A program made the position numbers and the translations under genes. This document shows, piece after piece, positions 35,675 through 49,759 of a stretch of 64,000 nucleotides of DNA (positions are counted from its first letter, which is position 1; each line of letters opens with the position of its first letter). The notes under the pieces were generated by a model, which saw nothing but the letters and a program-made list of their open reading frames with translations, was not told the origin of the DNA and did not search any database. The stretch is from Yuukianura sp. NJ FZ-2021 (Eukaryota), in the NCBI GenBank assembly GCA_046563655.1, contig CM102290.1:1240001-1304000 (forward strand). The letters are read 5' to 3'.

Positions 35675-37340
35675 ATGTTGAGTCAGTATAGTGGATATCA
35701 CGATGGCACGGAGATCGGAAAGGAGAATAAGGGTATTCGACTCGTTGAAAGCGTCGTAAGAACTTTTAAAGTGGCGAAGCTTTACCGTGAAAACACAGAC
35801 AGAGTCAACCACATGGATTTTTCTTCGAATGGGGAAATGCTCATTTCGTCCGCTGAAGATGATCAAATAGTTATTTACGACTGTGAGAAGGGGACGTAAG
35901 TCTTTATTCATAAAAAATCTATCATCACCGTTGCTTCAGCCGTATATATACATGAACAATGTTAACATAACATAGCTTTCAATCCCGGTGTTAATATATT
36001 ATTGCTGAAAACCTTACCGCGATTATTTACAGGGCGAGAAGAACCCTGAACAGTAAGAAATATGGCGTCGACTTGATACACTTCACTCATGCGAAGAATG
36101 CTGCGATACATAGTTCAACTAAAGTAGATGGTAAGAACATTGAGTACAGATTAGAAATTCTAATTTAGAATCATTGATGTCTAAGAGTTATTGCAGGAAT
36201 GCAGGAAAGCACATCATATGTATTTTGTCTTGTGAAATAGATACCATTCGATATTTGTCGCTGCATGACAACAAGTATTTACGGTATTTTCCTGGACATA
36301 CCAAGAAGTAGGTCATCATTTCTGCTTTTGTACTAAATAGCTTTCGTTTTACTATACTAACATTCTGATCTGATGGTATTGGTTTTTAGAGTCACTACAA
36401 TGTGCGTGTCTCCAAATGACGACAACTTTATATCTGGGTCCCTCGACAAATCTCTCAGACTATGGGACCTCAGATCCCCGAACTGTCAGGGACTGATGCA
36501 TGTGAACGGACGTCCAATTGCTGCGTTTGATCCGGAAGGACTTATTTTCGCCGTTGGAACGAATAATGATAGTGTGAAATTATACGACCTAAGATCATTT
36601 GATAAGGTGAGAACGTTGCACGAACTGGAGTAACAATAATTAGTAGGATTAAGGCGGAATGAATCTGTGGAATAAGCAATTTGGATTGAATGTAAATGTG
36701 GATTTACCTTAGGGTCCGTTCGTAAATTTTCGCTTTTCGAATGAAAAAGGAGACGGGGAATGGACACACCTAAAATTCAGTCCCGATGGACGAACCTTAA
36801 TGATTTGTGGATACGGAGCCTCCATTAGAATCATCGACGCTTTTCATGGAAATCCCTTGCAAATATTTACCATCAGTGTAAGTGATTTGGAGAAACCTTT
36901 GATGATTCGATTGTATTTCAGTTGTTATGAATTACTTCTGAAATTATGTCCAACAGGGTCATTCCAGTGGGAAGAAGGACGTACAACTCGAAGCTTCCTA
37001 CAGTCCAGACTCGCAATTTGTGTTCTCGGGATCGGAAGATGGATGTGTTCATGTTTGGAGTGTAGAGAATGGATACAAGGTATGTTTCCTTCGTTCTCAA
37101 TCAACAATGAGGTACTTAGCAACGCAAGTTTGAATTTTATTTGTCTTTTAGGTGTGCGTCCTCAACGCTGACCACCCTGGTCCAGTCCAATGTGTGAAAT
37201 TCAACCCCAAGTACATGATGTTTGCCTCATCTTGTACAAATATGGTAAGATATTCAAATCAAAATATTTACAAAGCACGTATGAAAATAATTTATTATTT
37301 GGTGTTACAGGCATTCTGGCTGCCGGAAGACGACAACTAA
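35675..37340 (+). CDS. WDR82: WD repeat-containing protein 82 (Swd2 homolog; SET1/COMPASS and PP1-PNUTS subunit); exons 35675-35895, 36033-36130, 36241-36307, 36390-36606, 36713-36877, 36957-37079, 37152-37244, 37311-37340
   Basis: Signature segments [67 protein letters not shown] and C-terminal NMAFWLP. Confidence 0.97.
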
Positions 37341-37515
37341 CAAGTATTAAGCACGCATAAGTCAGTCTTGGCTTTTTCAGGGTCCATTTTTTGTTATAAA
37401 CTAACTGCTAGTGCGGTAAAAAATACAACTGAGAGTTATTAAAGTAAACTGCTAGTATAAGTTATGCTGAAAATAAGAATAAAATAAGTTATAGCGATAT
37501 CGGTGCTCCTTGTCT

Positions 37516-40500
37516 TTACAAGTATGAGCTCCATCCAACATACATTTGGCACAGATTAGTTGGTGCAGTCGCTTCCTTGATGAGGTAGCTTACTTGCGCT
37601 TCAACAGATAATGGTACGTTCAGCTCTTTTGTCTTATTTCGAGCAACCCCATCCAGTCGCAGTTGGATTGCTTGAATATTTTGAAGTGCTAAGACATTGA
37701 CCACTTCTCCAGTAGTACTAGTAGAAGCTGCAGCGTGATTGGACGACGAACCCTTGGTCCTTGCCCATTCCACAAGAGGATCAAACACAAACGGACGAAG
37801 AACAGACATGAAGACAGCCGAGTTCTGTCGTAGAACTCCCACAGTTATTTCACACGCACGGCGAAACGGACCATCGCTTCCTAGTGCGCCCATTGCGTTT
37901 ACCATGTTGTGGGTGAGTCGGAACGGAACAACCTCTGGTACCTCTAATCCTTCTCCCTGCAACAAAAATTTAAACGGATATCAAAAGTGCTGCAATTTTC
38001 GATCATACATTAGCACTTACCAAGTTGAACAAGCAGTTGTAATCGACGTGTACAACATCCCCACAAATTGAATCCAGTAAAATGTTTTCCCCGTGTCGAT
38101 CACCTAGTCCAATGAGGTAACCAACCATGGACATTACAGCACACGTCCTTATGTAAGTACAGCGAGCAGTGTACCATTCTTGAGGGTCAGAAAAGTTTAT
38201 GAGAAACCATTCACGCAGGACTGGTGGATGTAGATTCACCAATTTGGTAAATCCTTGTAACTTCGCCTGTGACGACGCTCCATTTCCTAAATTAAATTAT
38301 AGAAGCACCTTGTAAAAATCATGAGTTACAATAGCATGCCCTGGACGTATAAACAATGTTGTATAATTCGTATTGCCACCTCGGTACAACGCTATGACTT
38401 CCTTCTGGGACAAGATCAAATCCTTGTCTCTGTAGATTTTTTGAAGCAGAGGTCTCAGGCCTTGAAGATTTGGAACCCATTCTAATAAACCAGCATCTTC
38501 GGTCAAGGCAATCACAGCATAAGTTCTAAGACAAAAAAAAAGAGTAGTGCATCAATTTCAAGATTTCCATTGAGAAAGACAAACGCTTACCTAACGTATA
38601 GATTTCTTTCACGGGCTTCTGGATTCTTCCGTAAGTACCAGTTCACAATATTATGCATTTCCATCACCTTTGAATCTAAAGAAACAAAGTATGTTTTTAG
38701 ACTTTTCCCGTCTCGAATTCGATTTAAACAGTAACGGTTACCTTTGCGTAGATCGTCGACTGGTTTGCACATGATCATATAAACCCGCCCGTCGTTGCCT
38801 CTCAAAGCAATTCGCTTCGGACGTTGAAGAGATGGCATTATTTGTACGTGCTTTTCAATTGATTGAATGAACACCGGAAACCTTATTCATCACAAAGTAT
38901 CAAAAATTAAAACTATTGAAATAGAATCGACAAAGAATATCTCACTGTTGAAATGGCTTGTGCGTCGCGTGACGATTTCCTACTCTCGAAATAGTTACGG
39001 TTAGGAACTGTTGATGCGGCATCAGAATGGGACTGAAATGAGGCTTCTTCAGGAGCCTTACAAGTGCAGGCGCGAGAGTTTCGATGGATGCCTTATAAAA
39101 CAAAGAAAAAGAAGTACTTTAGATATTAATTTTAGTAAAAGTAATTCTAATAATACTAGCTCGAGGGTTTTACCGTTCTGGTGTCAGTACTAGATGGAGT
39201 TGTACATAGTTCAATCAAATGACCAGCTAAAACACTATAATCATTTATCAGGGTTTTAAGGCCAGGGGCCTTTTCTTCCACGGCACGCAGAAGTTCAGTG
39301 CATCGAGATTTTCTCATGTTGTGAGTAGACTGAAACCAGGAAAGAATGCAATCATTAAACATTGCGGATGCACGATTTATTAAAGGAACTTTTCTTCTTA
39401 CCTTGCTAACTGCCATCATCATCCAAAGAGTTTGATGAGGATAACTTACGACAATACCTGCCATCATATCCTTCAACTGAACCCATATACGTGGATGGGG
39501 ATGACAGATCCGAGAAATGAGTTGGGAGTAGACCGTGAGGAAAATATATCGTGGTGCAGTGTTGTACAGCTTGGCGACGTTTCTAGACATTGCAGCGACA
39601 GTTTTTGTATACAGTTCAATAACTTCCTTCGGTGACGTTTTTGATGGTGGACTTGAAGCGTAGGTCAACCAGACAAAGAGCAGACGTGGAAGGCTCTGAT
39701 ACACATGTTTCGAACCGTACTCCAATGATTTACAGTAGTATCGTACCACGAACTCCTGCATTTCACTGAAAAAATTAGAACCCCATTAGAGTTAGCAAAA
39801 AAGGTACCAAACGCTGTTGAAATATCCGCTTACGTATGCCGATTTTGGTGGGACGAACTGTTCACAATGGTATCACAGTAATTTGCCAAATGAAAAAAAT
39901 TCTTCTCAGACTTCTTGTGCACTTCAGTTACTTGCAGATAGTTTTTGATATTGACGTCCATATCGACGTTGCACTTCTCATCGTTGAACTTCGCAAGTAG
40001 GAGGAGCGCTTTGGCACAGAGCACTTGTTCCGGGTCTAGGTCAGCATCAACACCTAGAGCTTCCCAGGCTCTGATTTTGGCACCGGAAAAGTACTGTTTC
40101 ATGCAATCATTTATTATGCGAATCCCTCGATCCATGTCTCCACGTTGAGCTACAAACTTGGCATCTTGAATAAAGACTTCTGGAGATCGAAACTGCCTTG
40201 CTTCTTGAATACACGCGTTGGCTCTACCAAAGTTTTTGGCTCTAGAATAATAATTGAAGCGAGAATCTTTTAATCACGATGGAAAGCTCCACTCTCGCCA
40301 GCGATTACAATTATATATGTAGCTACTTACCTGATTTCGAGCTTTGCAACTGCGAGGCAACAATCCCTTAGAGCCGAAGAGAATAGTCGGTTTATGGAAT
40401 GTCGTTTTCCATTGTCTTTCATGATGTTCAGGAGTGCCTACAACACGCATAACATCAGATTTATAAGTACAAGATACAAGAAGAACTGGATGGTTGTCCC

Positions 40501-43500
40501 TTACCTTCCGTGTATTTACGATAGGTTCAACAGTACTCAATGACTTTTGAGCTAAGTCCAACCTGGCCTTCCACCTCTGCAGTAAGTTGGTCACTTTCAG
40601 TTTGTACGCTGGAAACTCCTCTTCTTTTACGCTATCGCCGTCCGACTTCATCAGTTCAACCGCTTGCTCAATTTCGCAGAAAATGTGTAACCTAGAAAAG
40701 TAGCATTTGCCATTTAGTATTCGCCTAATTTCGTGAAGTGGCAAAAAATACATTTATAAATTATCCACCTTGTAATTTCGGCGTATCTACTGTGGTATGA
40801 ACCAATGCTAGTGTCAGCGCTCCTAAGCGACTGAAGACATTTCTCTCTTGCTTGTCCAACTATGTCGAGAACTGCAGAATAGCGTTTCCGTTGAAAAAGT
40901 GACAGAATTGCAGCATGCATTAGACATCCACGAGAAGAAAGGTCAACACGGGTTCCCTTTAGCTGTGTTGCAAGGTCTCCCCAACGTTGTAATTTCCAAC
41001 AGGCTTCTATGCGACAATCATCCAATGGAGACGATCTCACGTCCACTCTATCAATATTTGAATGCATGTATAATTTAAAAAAAAATTACACGCCAAAAGA
41101 ATTTAAGGAAAAACGACATGGGCTTACCGCCGTCCAAGTTCGAGTCCATTCATGACCGTTAACGCCATTTCTGGTCTCTCGATAGACAAGTACGCTTGCG
41201 TAAGAACATTTTCTGATTCCAAATCACTGAAACCTTTTTGAATCATCAATTGAAACTTGGACGCAGCATCCTAAAAATTGTAAATGAAAAAAGTAGTAAG
41301 TTCAGAATAAGTTAACAAAGTGAACAGTTTTGAGCATACTGCTCAAGTGGGGTCAATGGTCGCAAACCTCTTTCTTTGCAGTAGCAAGTAGCTCCAGTGC
41401 TTCCTCATAAATGCTTGGTTTCCCTTTCCGAATTGCGGAAACGCCAATAACTCCATCCGTATCTTCCAGAGCAACGAAAATTCTCTGAAAAGGGAAAGGA
41501 AATTGAAAGGAAGCATTCCTTATTGCTTATTTTAGTATTTTGAGGTCACCTGTAGAAAACCTAAATTATCTTGTGTCTTCTCCGGAAAATAAAATAAATG
41601 TTCTTCGAGGTTCAGAAGCGCCCTCTGGTAGCATTGCGTTTGGAAAGCTGCCTTTGCTACATGAATCTGGTTTAACAAAATACAACAATAATTTAAACAT
41701 GTTGATTACTAATTTGAAGCAAAATGTACTAGCACGCCGGACTTACAGGATCTGGTAAAATGGACCTGCAAGCCTTAAGCTTCACTGTTGTGAGTCCATT
41801 TCCCGTCACCCCAGAAAGTGGACTTGATGAATGTCCAGTGCCCCCTGTAGTTGCAATACTGTTCAAAATTTCAAAATTACTCGCCCCATATCGTGCCACA
41901 AAGGACACTATGTCGATAATAGAAAACACGGCATTGGTCACAGAGAGTCTATCGGCTACTGCTGCGTCGTCAGTCGGAGGGTCATCAAAGTGAGAGTCAT
42001 CGTCAAATGGATGTTGAATTGTTGCCGAGGTAACATCGCTTATATTTTCCCCTCTATCGAACCTTCAGAGAAAGAAAATTTTCTGTGTTTCTGAAAACTG
42101 GCATAGTACTACTTAGCAATTACATTGAATAAAAACGTCCAAGAACTTACCAAAGCTTACAAATTCTTCTGAGTTCTTTGTAGATCGTACGCCTTTCAGC
42201 TGGTGAACCGTCGAGGGCTGCAAACACTAAAAAATCACCAACAACATTTTCATTACGCCTGAATATCTTTTGGTCCAATAACGAATTACGCCTTACTTAC
42301 GTGCAATATAAGGCAAAAGGTATAATGCTACTGGGAGACTTCTGACCATAAGTGGTAGGGTGACGCGGAAGATTTCCTTGGCTGGATTAGACGTAACAAT
42401 TGTATACATTTGAATCGCAAAATTTGTACACCACTGCTGAAATCTTCTTCCATGTTCGGATCCATACAGAGGGCATGGATACGTTTGAAGAGGCACAACG
42501 TCTCTGAGAGCGAACTTCGAACTAATCAAAGGTGAGAAGACGCTTTTGGTTTCGGCCGGTAACGTTGACCATATAGGATGCCCCGAATTCTGTTCTCCGA
42601 CGCGATAAATTCTCAAAACTTCTTGGACTGCGTAAGCACATATGTCAATGTCGGAAGGAAGTGACAGCTCCGTTCCTTGATACTGTTTTCGTAGCATGTC
42701 AATGTACGAGTGAGCAAAGGCGACTCCAGTAGGGAAGATATTAGCTACATCGCGTCTGCTCTGCCTTTCGGTACTTCTTACGTTCATTCTGTAGTAATCA
42801 ACTGCTCCGAGCTCACCAATAACCTGAACTGCCATGTATGAGAGTTCTTTGTCTTGTGACTGGATGCACTCCAGCAGGGCCAAAATTAGCTGTCATAAAT
42901 AAAGTTGGAATCATTTGAAATTGACAGAAAGTTGTTAGTTGTCATCATATAATGCAATGCAGTTCCAGCAGAACTCACCCTGCAGACGCTTGGATGAACA
43001 AACTGTGAATCCTCAAGCAACTCCTTCAAATCAACGGACGGGTTTTCATACTTGACAATCTGTTGAACGCCCAGGCTCGCTTGGTGACGAATGTGCACGT
43101 TTCCATTCCTTAAGCTCTCGATCAAATACTCCAAAAATTTTACCCCACTGCAAAATAGCATTATGTAAATAAATCTCACCGAATTAAGGCAAATTAATAA
43201 CATACCTGTAATTGCCATTGCGAAGCATTGACAGAGTTTGACGACACTGGATATGCTGTTGAATATAATATACTTGATGGCGGAATTCACGAGTCAGTCG
43301 ATTTTTTTCTGCTATTATGTAGTATGCAATCTCTTCGAGTGTTTGCCCAATGTTAACGTTTGGTAAGGATTTAAGATGTGTGACTGATGCCAAGATTTCG
43401 TTCATCATCGAGGGTAGAACAGAGTCGTCCAGGCTGTAGAAATGGTCAGAGTTTTTTTCTTCATCGAAAGCAAATCTAAAATGTTCTTGTAAAAATGTCA

Positions 43501-46500
43501 AACTTGCGTTACTTTTCTGTATAAGCCTTCCAGGCCTTGGCTAACAAGTCGAGTAGGTACTGCTTCTTTGTACAACTGTTCAGCAGCTTAGCGATCTAAA
43601 GACAGTAAGGTGGTTCATTCAAAACAAGTCTACAAAAATACAGCGAGCACGAAAATAATATGGTACATAATTGTATAGCATAAAACAAGAATTTGAAGTA
43701 GCAAACCCTCATTTTCATTCCGGAAATGGAGGTGCCCAAGTATGGAATGAGTTCGACTAGCGAATTGAATAATCTTCTTTTGATTGTCACATTTTCAAAA
43801 CGACTGTCCATTTTGCAGTCCAAGTATACGACGAACCCCATCAGTCGTTCCGAGATAAACTGGGCCTAAACACCATGAACAAACTGTTAGTCAGTGGCTG
43901 GTTTGTTGAATAAGACACATTTATCAGAATTTTACGATGGCCAAGTCCGAAGCGAGGTTTGTAATAGTTGGTAAGCTTGGGCGGCTTGTAGACTGCGAAC
44001 TGAGAAGTGAAGAGAGGAGACGCTTTACTCTCTCTTTGTCCACGGAAAAATACGACAGTGTCTCATTCATTAGTGCCTAATAGAATATGACCACAGAAAC
44101 AGAAATATTTAGTTTTCTTGAAAAAAAATACAAAAAGCTTTGCAGTTTCTGTTTGAGAGTAAAAAGCCTAAAATCATTGATATTTCTTATAAGTCCATTC
44201 CATACCTGACACATCAATGAAGCCAGGATCCCCGGGGAAAGACCTTGTTGCATCAAGAATTGAATTATTCCACTGAAATCAGATGCCGTGGCGCAACCCA
44301 AGCCAATTGCTGGAATGTACACGGGAAAATAAGTTTCAAGGAGCTCCTTGGTATTCACCAGACTAAAATGAGCCATTGTGGAAATGAAAATCCGAGCTCT
44401 TCTGTCAATAACTGCCAGTGGAAGCGCTTGGCACAAAAAGACTGGAATATAAATCCTGGTGAAATCTTCTCTACGAAACTCCATTGTGTGTTCAAAGGCT
44501 CGAAGTAGAACTTCACATTTCTTGCTCAACAGCATTTCAGTATCTTCATCCGGGTCAAATTGCCCCCTCAATCCGAAAATTTGAAAGAGGCACATTTCTA
44601 CAAAATCCTACACGAAGGACAACAAATGGACATTTTATTTAAACTAAACTGAACATGTTATTCTTAAAGCAAAACTGCAAGCAGAGGTAAGCTTCTTACC
44701 GGCACTAAATGTTCTCGGATTTGTCCCATATATTCACATGCCTTTAAACGGCGACCTTCTGCAAGATGCCTAAATACAAGTTTACATTGGCTTGTAACGC
44801 TCATTGACCAATTGAGAGTCAAAATCATCAAAGTGGCACGAGCTATCTCAATAGCAAGGGAATCGGAGCATTCCCTAAACATCAACAAAAGTCGATTAAT
44901 ATCATTTTTGAAATTGATAGTAATACTTGGTGTAAATACTTGACTCACCGAGACACCAACCCAAGCACATCCAAAAAGTCAACTAAACAATCCATTGTCG
45001 TCTCAGGACCATTAGACTTGAGGAAACTCCTCACATGTACAAAAACCATTCGAAACATGGCACACGAGGTCTCCGAATCTTCATAATCTGGAAAATGAAC
45101 TGTCAACAATGGGACGGAGTTACGTAGCAGCTTCACCAAAACCTTAAGCTGAATGGGTTCTCGTACTACTTCCAAAAAATTGGCAACAAGATTTGGATCC
45201 GGAATCAGCCCATGCCGCTTGAGGTAAAGGATTGAGTCCAAAATTTCAAAATGAACCTATAACAGAAAAAGATGAGAAAAGTGAAGGCAACTAATACAAT
45301 TAAGCTGATAGCTGTGTGACTAAGCCATCGGAGCAGTCATGCCCGAAACGAAAAGATTAAATGACAGCTCGTACCGCAGATGAGCCATTATGTATGAGGT
45401 GAGTAATCCATTTTCGGATTTCCTGCATTTTGCAATTCTCGGGTTCGTAGACGTGATTTCCGGCTTCGCAAACTTGACAACTGCCGTTCTTCGGATGGTG
45501 GACTCTGGTATTGGTCGCTACAGTTGACGTTGTAAGAACACATCCAATGCGGCTAATAGCCTTTGCTAGCAGAATTCCAATTGCCTCATCTTCTATCCAA
45601 ACGTTACTGTTTGTCACTGTTCCAATATAGTTCAACAGCTTTTCCTTGTCTAGAAATTTTAACATGTTAAACAAAACTATCATTAAATTTTAATTTCATT
45701 AAAAAAAGTTTCGCATAACTACTATTACATTGTATTGTCTTGCTATCGGCATCCTACCTATTGTTCTGCATACGTGTTTTACACCGGCGATGAGTCTCAA
45801 AATCCCTTTGATACACGACGGACTGTCATTTGTCATAGCGGCGTCGATAACGTCTACAATGACGCTATTATCCAAGTAATTGACGAATAAATCAGAACCC
45901 AACGCTTCGAGACATTCCTCCATGAATTCTTGTCCATCTAAAAAAATTTCCACCTTGAATTATGAGTTTCGATTTCACATAATAAGTCATGCGAAACAAG
46001 GTCTTACACACGCCCCGGTGTTGTTTGAGTTCATCCGCGGTGAGCTCGACATGGGCCATGGGGAAGTATGGAAATGTAATGTGATAAAGAAGTTGACTTT
46101 GAAGTGAATCCAATTTCTTTCTAGAAATTGTTCCTAATTCCCGGATTAGCACAAAAAGCCACTGCAGAAATTGCGTCGAGACGCCATCAAACAACCTATG
46201 AAAAACAGATATTTGCAGCGGTTAAAAGCATATAAATCAAGAATGTTCTTTTAAACTCAAATTACGTTGGAACGCGGGTTTGAATCTCCAGTAGCTTCCT
46301 TAAAATGTCGACCAAGTCCTCATGGAAAAAAAACCGATCAACGCCCCCGAGCAGTGGGGTACGGCGTAGTTTACATAGAGATTCTCCTTGCAACAAAATG
46401 GAGGTCATCAGTCGAGTAAATCCAGTAGTGCTTTCCATCAGGTTCTTCAACTTGATTCCTTTGTCAATTTGTAAAGAATCCTCCTCGGTGGACAGTATTA

Positions 46501-48379
46501 GTTGCTCAAAATCCTTCACAGCGGCTACCCAAGCATCTCTGATGGTGCTCCAGATTGGTGTTCTAGACTGCATTTCGGGATTGCTTGCAGGATCCACATA
46601 CGCACTACATAATATATCCAGCTATAACGATACCATACTGTTGTAAATTGAATATCATTAGAAAAGAACTGTACCATTGGTTATTATCCAATACTCTGAA
46701 TAGTTCTTTATGAATCACGTCTCCAAATATGGGAAGCGCCACCTAGAATAAAATTTTGAAGAAATGAAAGCTCATGTGAAGTATGACATGGTGGACATGG
46801 TCACTATACTTACTGGAAGATTCTGAAAAATATCGCTAGCAAATGCTACGGAGTTTTCCTTCCGCAGAATGTCATTGGCATCCCCAGTATTGGCACCCAT
46901 TGCAATTTGAACGCGTCGGTAGAAATCAATGATATAAGTCTGAAATTCTGCAAAATGTAATAAATGTTGCTCTGCGAAGAATATACTTGGGTAAATGTAA
47001 CGAAATTGGAGTGTCATAGATTGTTACCGCTGGATGAAGACTCTTTGAACAGGGGATCTAGAATAAGCATGTGAAGCCGCGACTCGAATTCAACCAAAAA
47101 ACAATGTACGCTTGAATCCCGAATCGAGAAGTCGTGTGTAGAGATTTGTTCCAGAAAAGCTTTGGCGTCTTTGCAGGATATCTCTTTCTTCAGGCCCATG
47201 TTTATCACGTAAATTATGATGCAACACAAAGCTGTTTTAGCCTATCAGGATATGAAATGTGCAAATTGGATCATATGACTAATCGTAAGTTTATTACACC
47301 GGATATCCATTATCCTAAATACTTACCTGTTGAAGTCCAATATTCAGTGGTTGACAAAGGCCAAATGCGATATCTAACTTGTCCTCTGCCGTAACTATCC
47401 CCTGTTGTAGGAGGAACTGCACAGACTGCACCAATGGTACGAAAATTGAGCTTTGTTTGTTGAGTACATCTAAGTGAGGCAGGATTACCTAAAAGTTTCA
47501 TTAGAATTAATAATTTTAAATAGAAACCAAAAAACAAAAAATCCATGTTTTCTATTCTCTTCTCACTTTTAGTATACTCCAAATGTAGTTAGCTGGAATG
47601 CTGGAAATAGGCGTGCGAAAGGATATTGCTCGGCGAAGATTCTCATATTTAAAAGCCACTTTCAAAAAACCTCTGGGTTTATGAAACTTTTTTACAAGTT
47701 TCGTAACGATCCCCACCAATGCACTAATTGATTCCATTAATATGTGCGAATGGTTGTGTTTTAGAGTCCGGAATAATGGGTTCATCAATTCGTAGATTTC
47801 TGGATGGAATACTGTAAGGCGATTGCTTAGTAAAAACACTCCACAAACCCTGTACACCCATTTCGAGAAGACTGAAATCACGATAAAAAAAAAGTCATCG
47901 AATTAAAATGATCCAAACATTTTAACTAGAATTTATCAAGCTAACTAGCTAACTAGTTAAAGTTACATTAACGACGGAGGACAGAAATTAACCATACCCC
48001 GCAACTCGTTTTCAGAGTATAATTGTTCCGACTCGGTTCGAAATGTGTTCGGATCAACTTGTGAGCTGAAGACACTGGGGGAGTTTGTAAGGCACATCCT
48101 AAAGTACTCGACGAATATCTAAAATAAAAATTGCAACTTGAATTAATTCAAAACGTGCCACATATTTGTACATTGTTAGCGATAAGGTACCTTCGCACTG
48201 CCATCGAGGGAAGCATCATCCACATTTTGACCAATGTCCGCGAACAAATCTGCAGAACTATTTACAATGCCTGAGCGGAGGTCTTTGATTCGGGTTTGAA
48301 AAAGTTGAGACAGCGACAAGTCGTCCGCATTATCCACGTCCACGTCCATTTGATCATTACGGTTGTTCTGATCATCCAT
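37516..48379 (-). CDS. ATR: ATR serine/threonine kinase (PIKK; mei-41/Rad3/Mec1 ortholog), many exons separated by short introns
   Basis: Kinase motifs SLQRPKRI, MCKPVDDLRKD, GLGDRHGENILLD, VPEVVPFRLTHNMV, FVFDPLVEW. FATC LSVEAQVSYLIKEAT..NLCQMYVGW. FAT segments YQSLPRLL and SQLISRICHP. HEAT region IGELGAVD. First coding exon MDDQNN at 48379, preceded by a 5'UTR intron (donor near 48496). Confidence 0.96.
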
Positions 48380-48914
48380 TTTCTTTCCTATGGGTCTGAG
48401 TTCTGAGATTTACCATACCGCATAAGACAACAACCAAAACTGAACCACATACGAAGTCTTTGACAATCTACACAACCTAATAACCTAAAACTTACCTTTC
48501 CAGCGTCAGACACCCTCACTTTCTTCCATTCAGGTCACGAATACCCGTAGCGTAGCGATCCAACAGTTGACATAAGTTCGTGTCTTGGCGGAATTCAGGA
48601 ATCCTCATCAAATTTGTGCTAGTAAATAACAATCGTCGCTTTTACTAGGCTTTCGTCTAACAAATTCAACTGTAATATTTATAGTATCGAACAATTGAAT
48701 CAATTGTTTAATCGTATAACTGCGGATAAACACATTCACAATACTGAGAGTATTTATGCAGGACACAAGACCGGTTGTCTTCCTTTGTCCTTTCTTCTTC
48801 TCTGGTCCCGTTCTGTTTTGATCATTTTATTTCCCGCTACTTCCATTTGAAAATTGGTTCAGAGAAAACAAGCGAGAACGACACGCACTGTATGGGGGGA
48901 GTTTTGCTGATAAA

Positions 48915-49305
48915 CAACAGGATTTTTTCCGCAACGGGAATACCAAAAAACGGGCAATTCCTGTTGCAGAAAATCCTGTTGCGTCAAATCGTGACAGGCA
49001 ATTTCTGTTGCGAAAAATCCTGGTAGCTAATTCCTGCCGCGAAAAATGCTGACAGTGAATTTCTGTTGCGAAAAATCCTGACAGTCATTTTGTGTTGCGA
49101 AGACTCCTGGTAGCTAATTTCTGTCGCGAAAAATCCTGACAGCTATTTTCTGTTGCGAAAAATCCTGACAGTCATTTTCTGTTGCGAAAAATCCTGGTAG
49201 CTAATTCCTGTCGCGAAAAGTGCTGACGTCTAATTTCTGTTGCGAAAAATGCCGACAGTTAATTCCATGTAGAAAATCCTGGTCCTCACTTTCTGTTGCA
49301 AAAAA
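48915..49305. repeat. 29-bp minisatellite (~10-11 units from 49000) preceded by a hairpin made of the same core motif
   Basis: Unit AATTTCTGTTGCGAAAAATCCTG(GTAGCT/ACAGTC) recurs at 49000, 49029, 49058, etc. 48915-48941 (CAACAGGATTTTTTCCGCAACGGGAAT) is complementary to 48957-48981. Confidence 0.9.
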
Positions 49306-49759
49306 AAAATTGAGATGTGTTTTTGACACCAGGAATCGAGATGTGTTTTTACATCCAGGAATATTGCTCTGCTTTACCAAGAGATGGCGGGAGCTGCACC
49401 AAATTGAATTCTAATTGCTTTATCATTCTGATTCTCATCTCAATCAATCAGTAGAACTACGCATGCGCAGTAGTATCAAACTACAACAAGGCAGGGCGAT
49501 GGTTAAGGGTTGAGCATAGATCTTCTGGAGGGAGTTGGCAATTGATAAGGTTTTTCCACCGGCTGTCCGCAAACGCAAGAAAAACGTTAAGAAACTGTTT
49601 TCACGAGATTTACGCAACGAAACGTGGCTCATAATTTTCAGTGGAGATATGGGGCCTTTTTCTGCACAATTGCACCAAAATGCGAAAAAACCGTTTGCAT
49701 AAAAATGTTGTTCAAGGTTAGCTCAGATTTCACTCTGTTCAAATTTTTCAAACAGTTAA

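Noticed and set aside
37739..47394. + strand ORFs within ATR (e.g. 37739, 39945, 41760, 46305)
   Set aside because: Antisense shadows of ATR exons with no independent splice structure or motifs.
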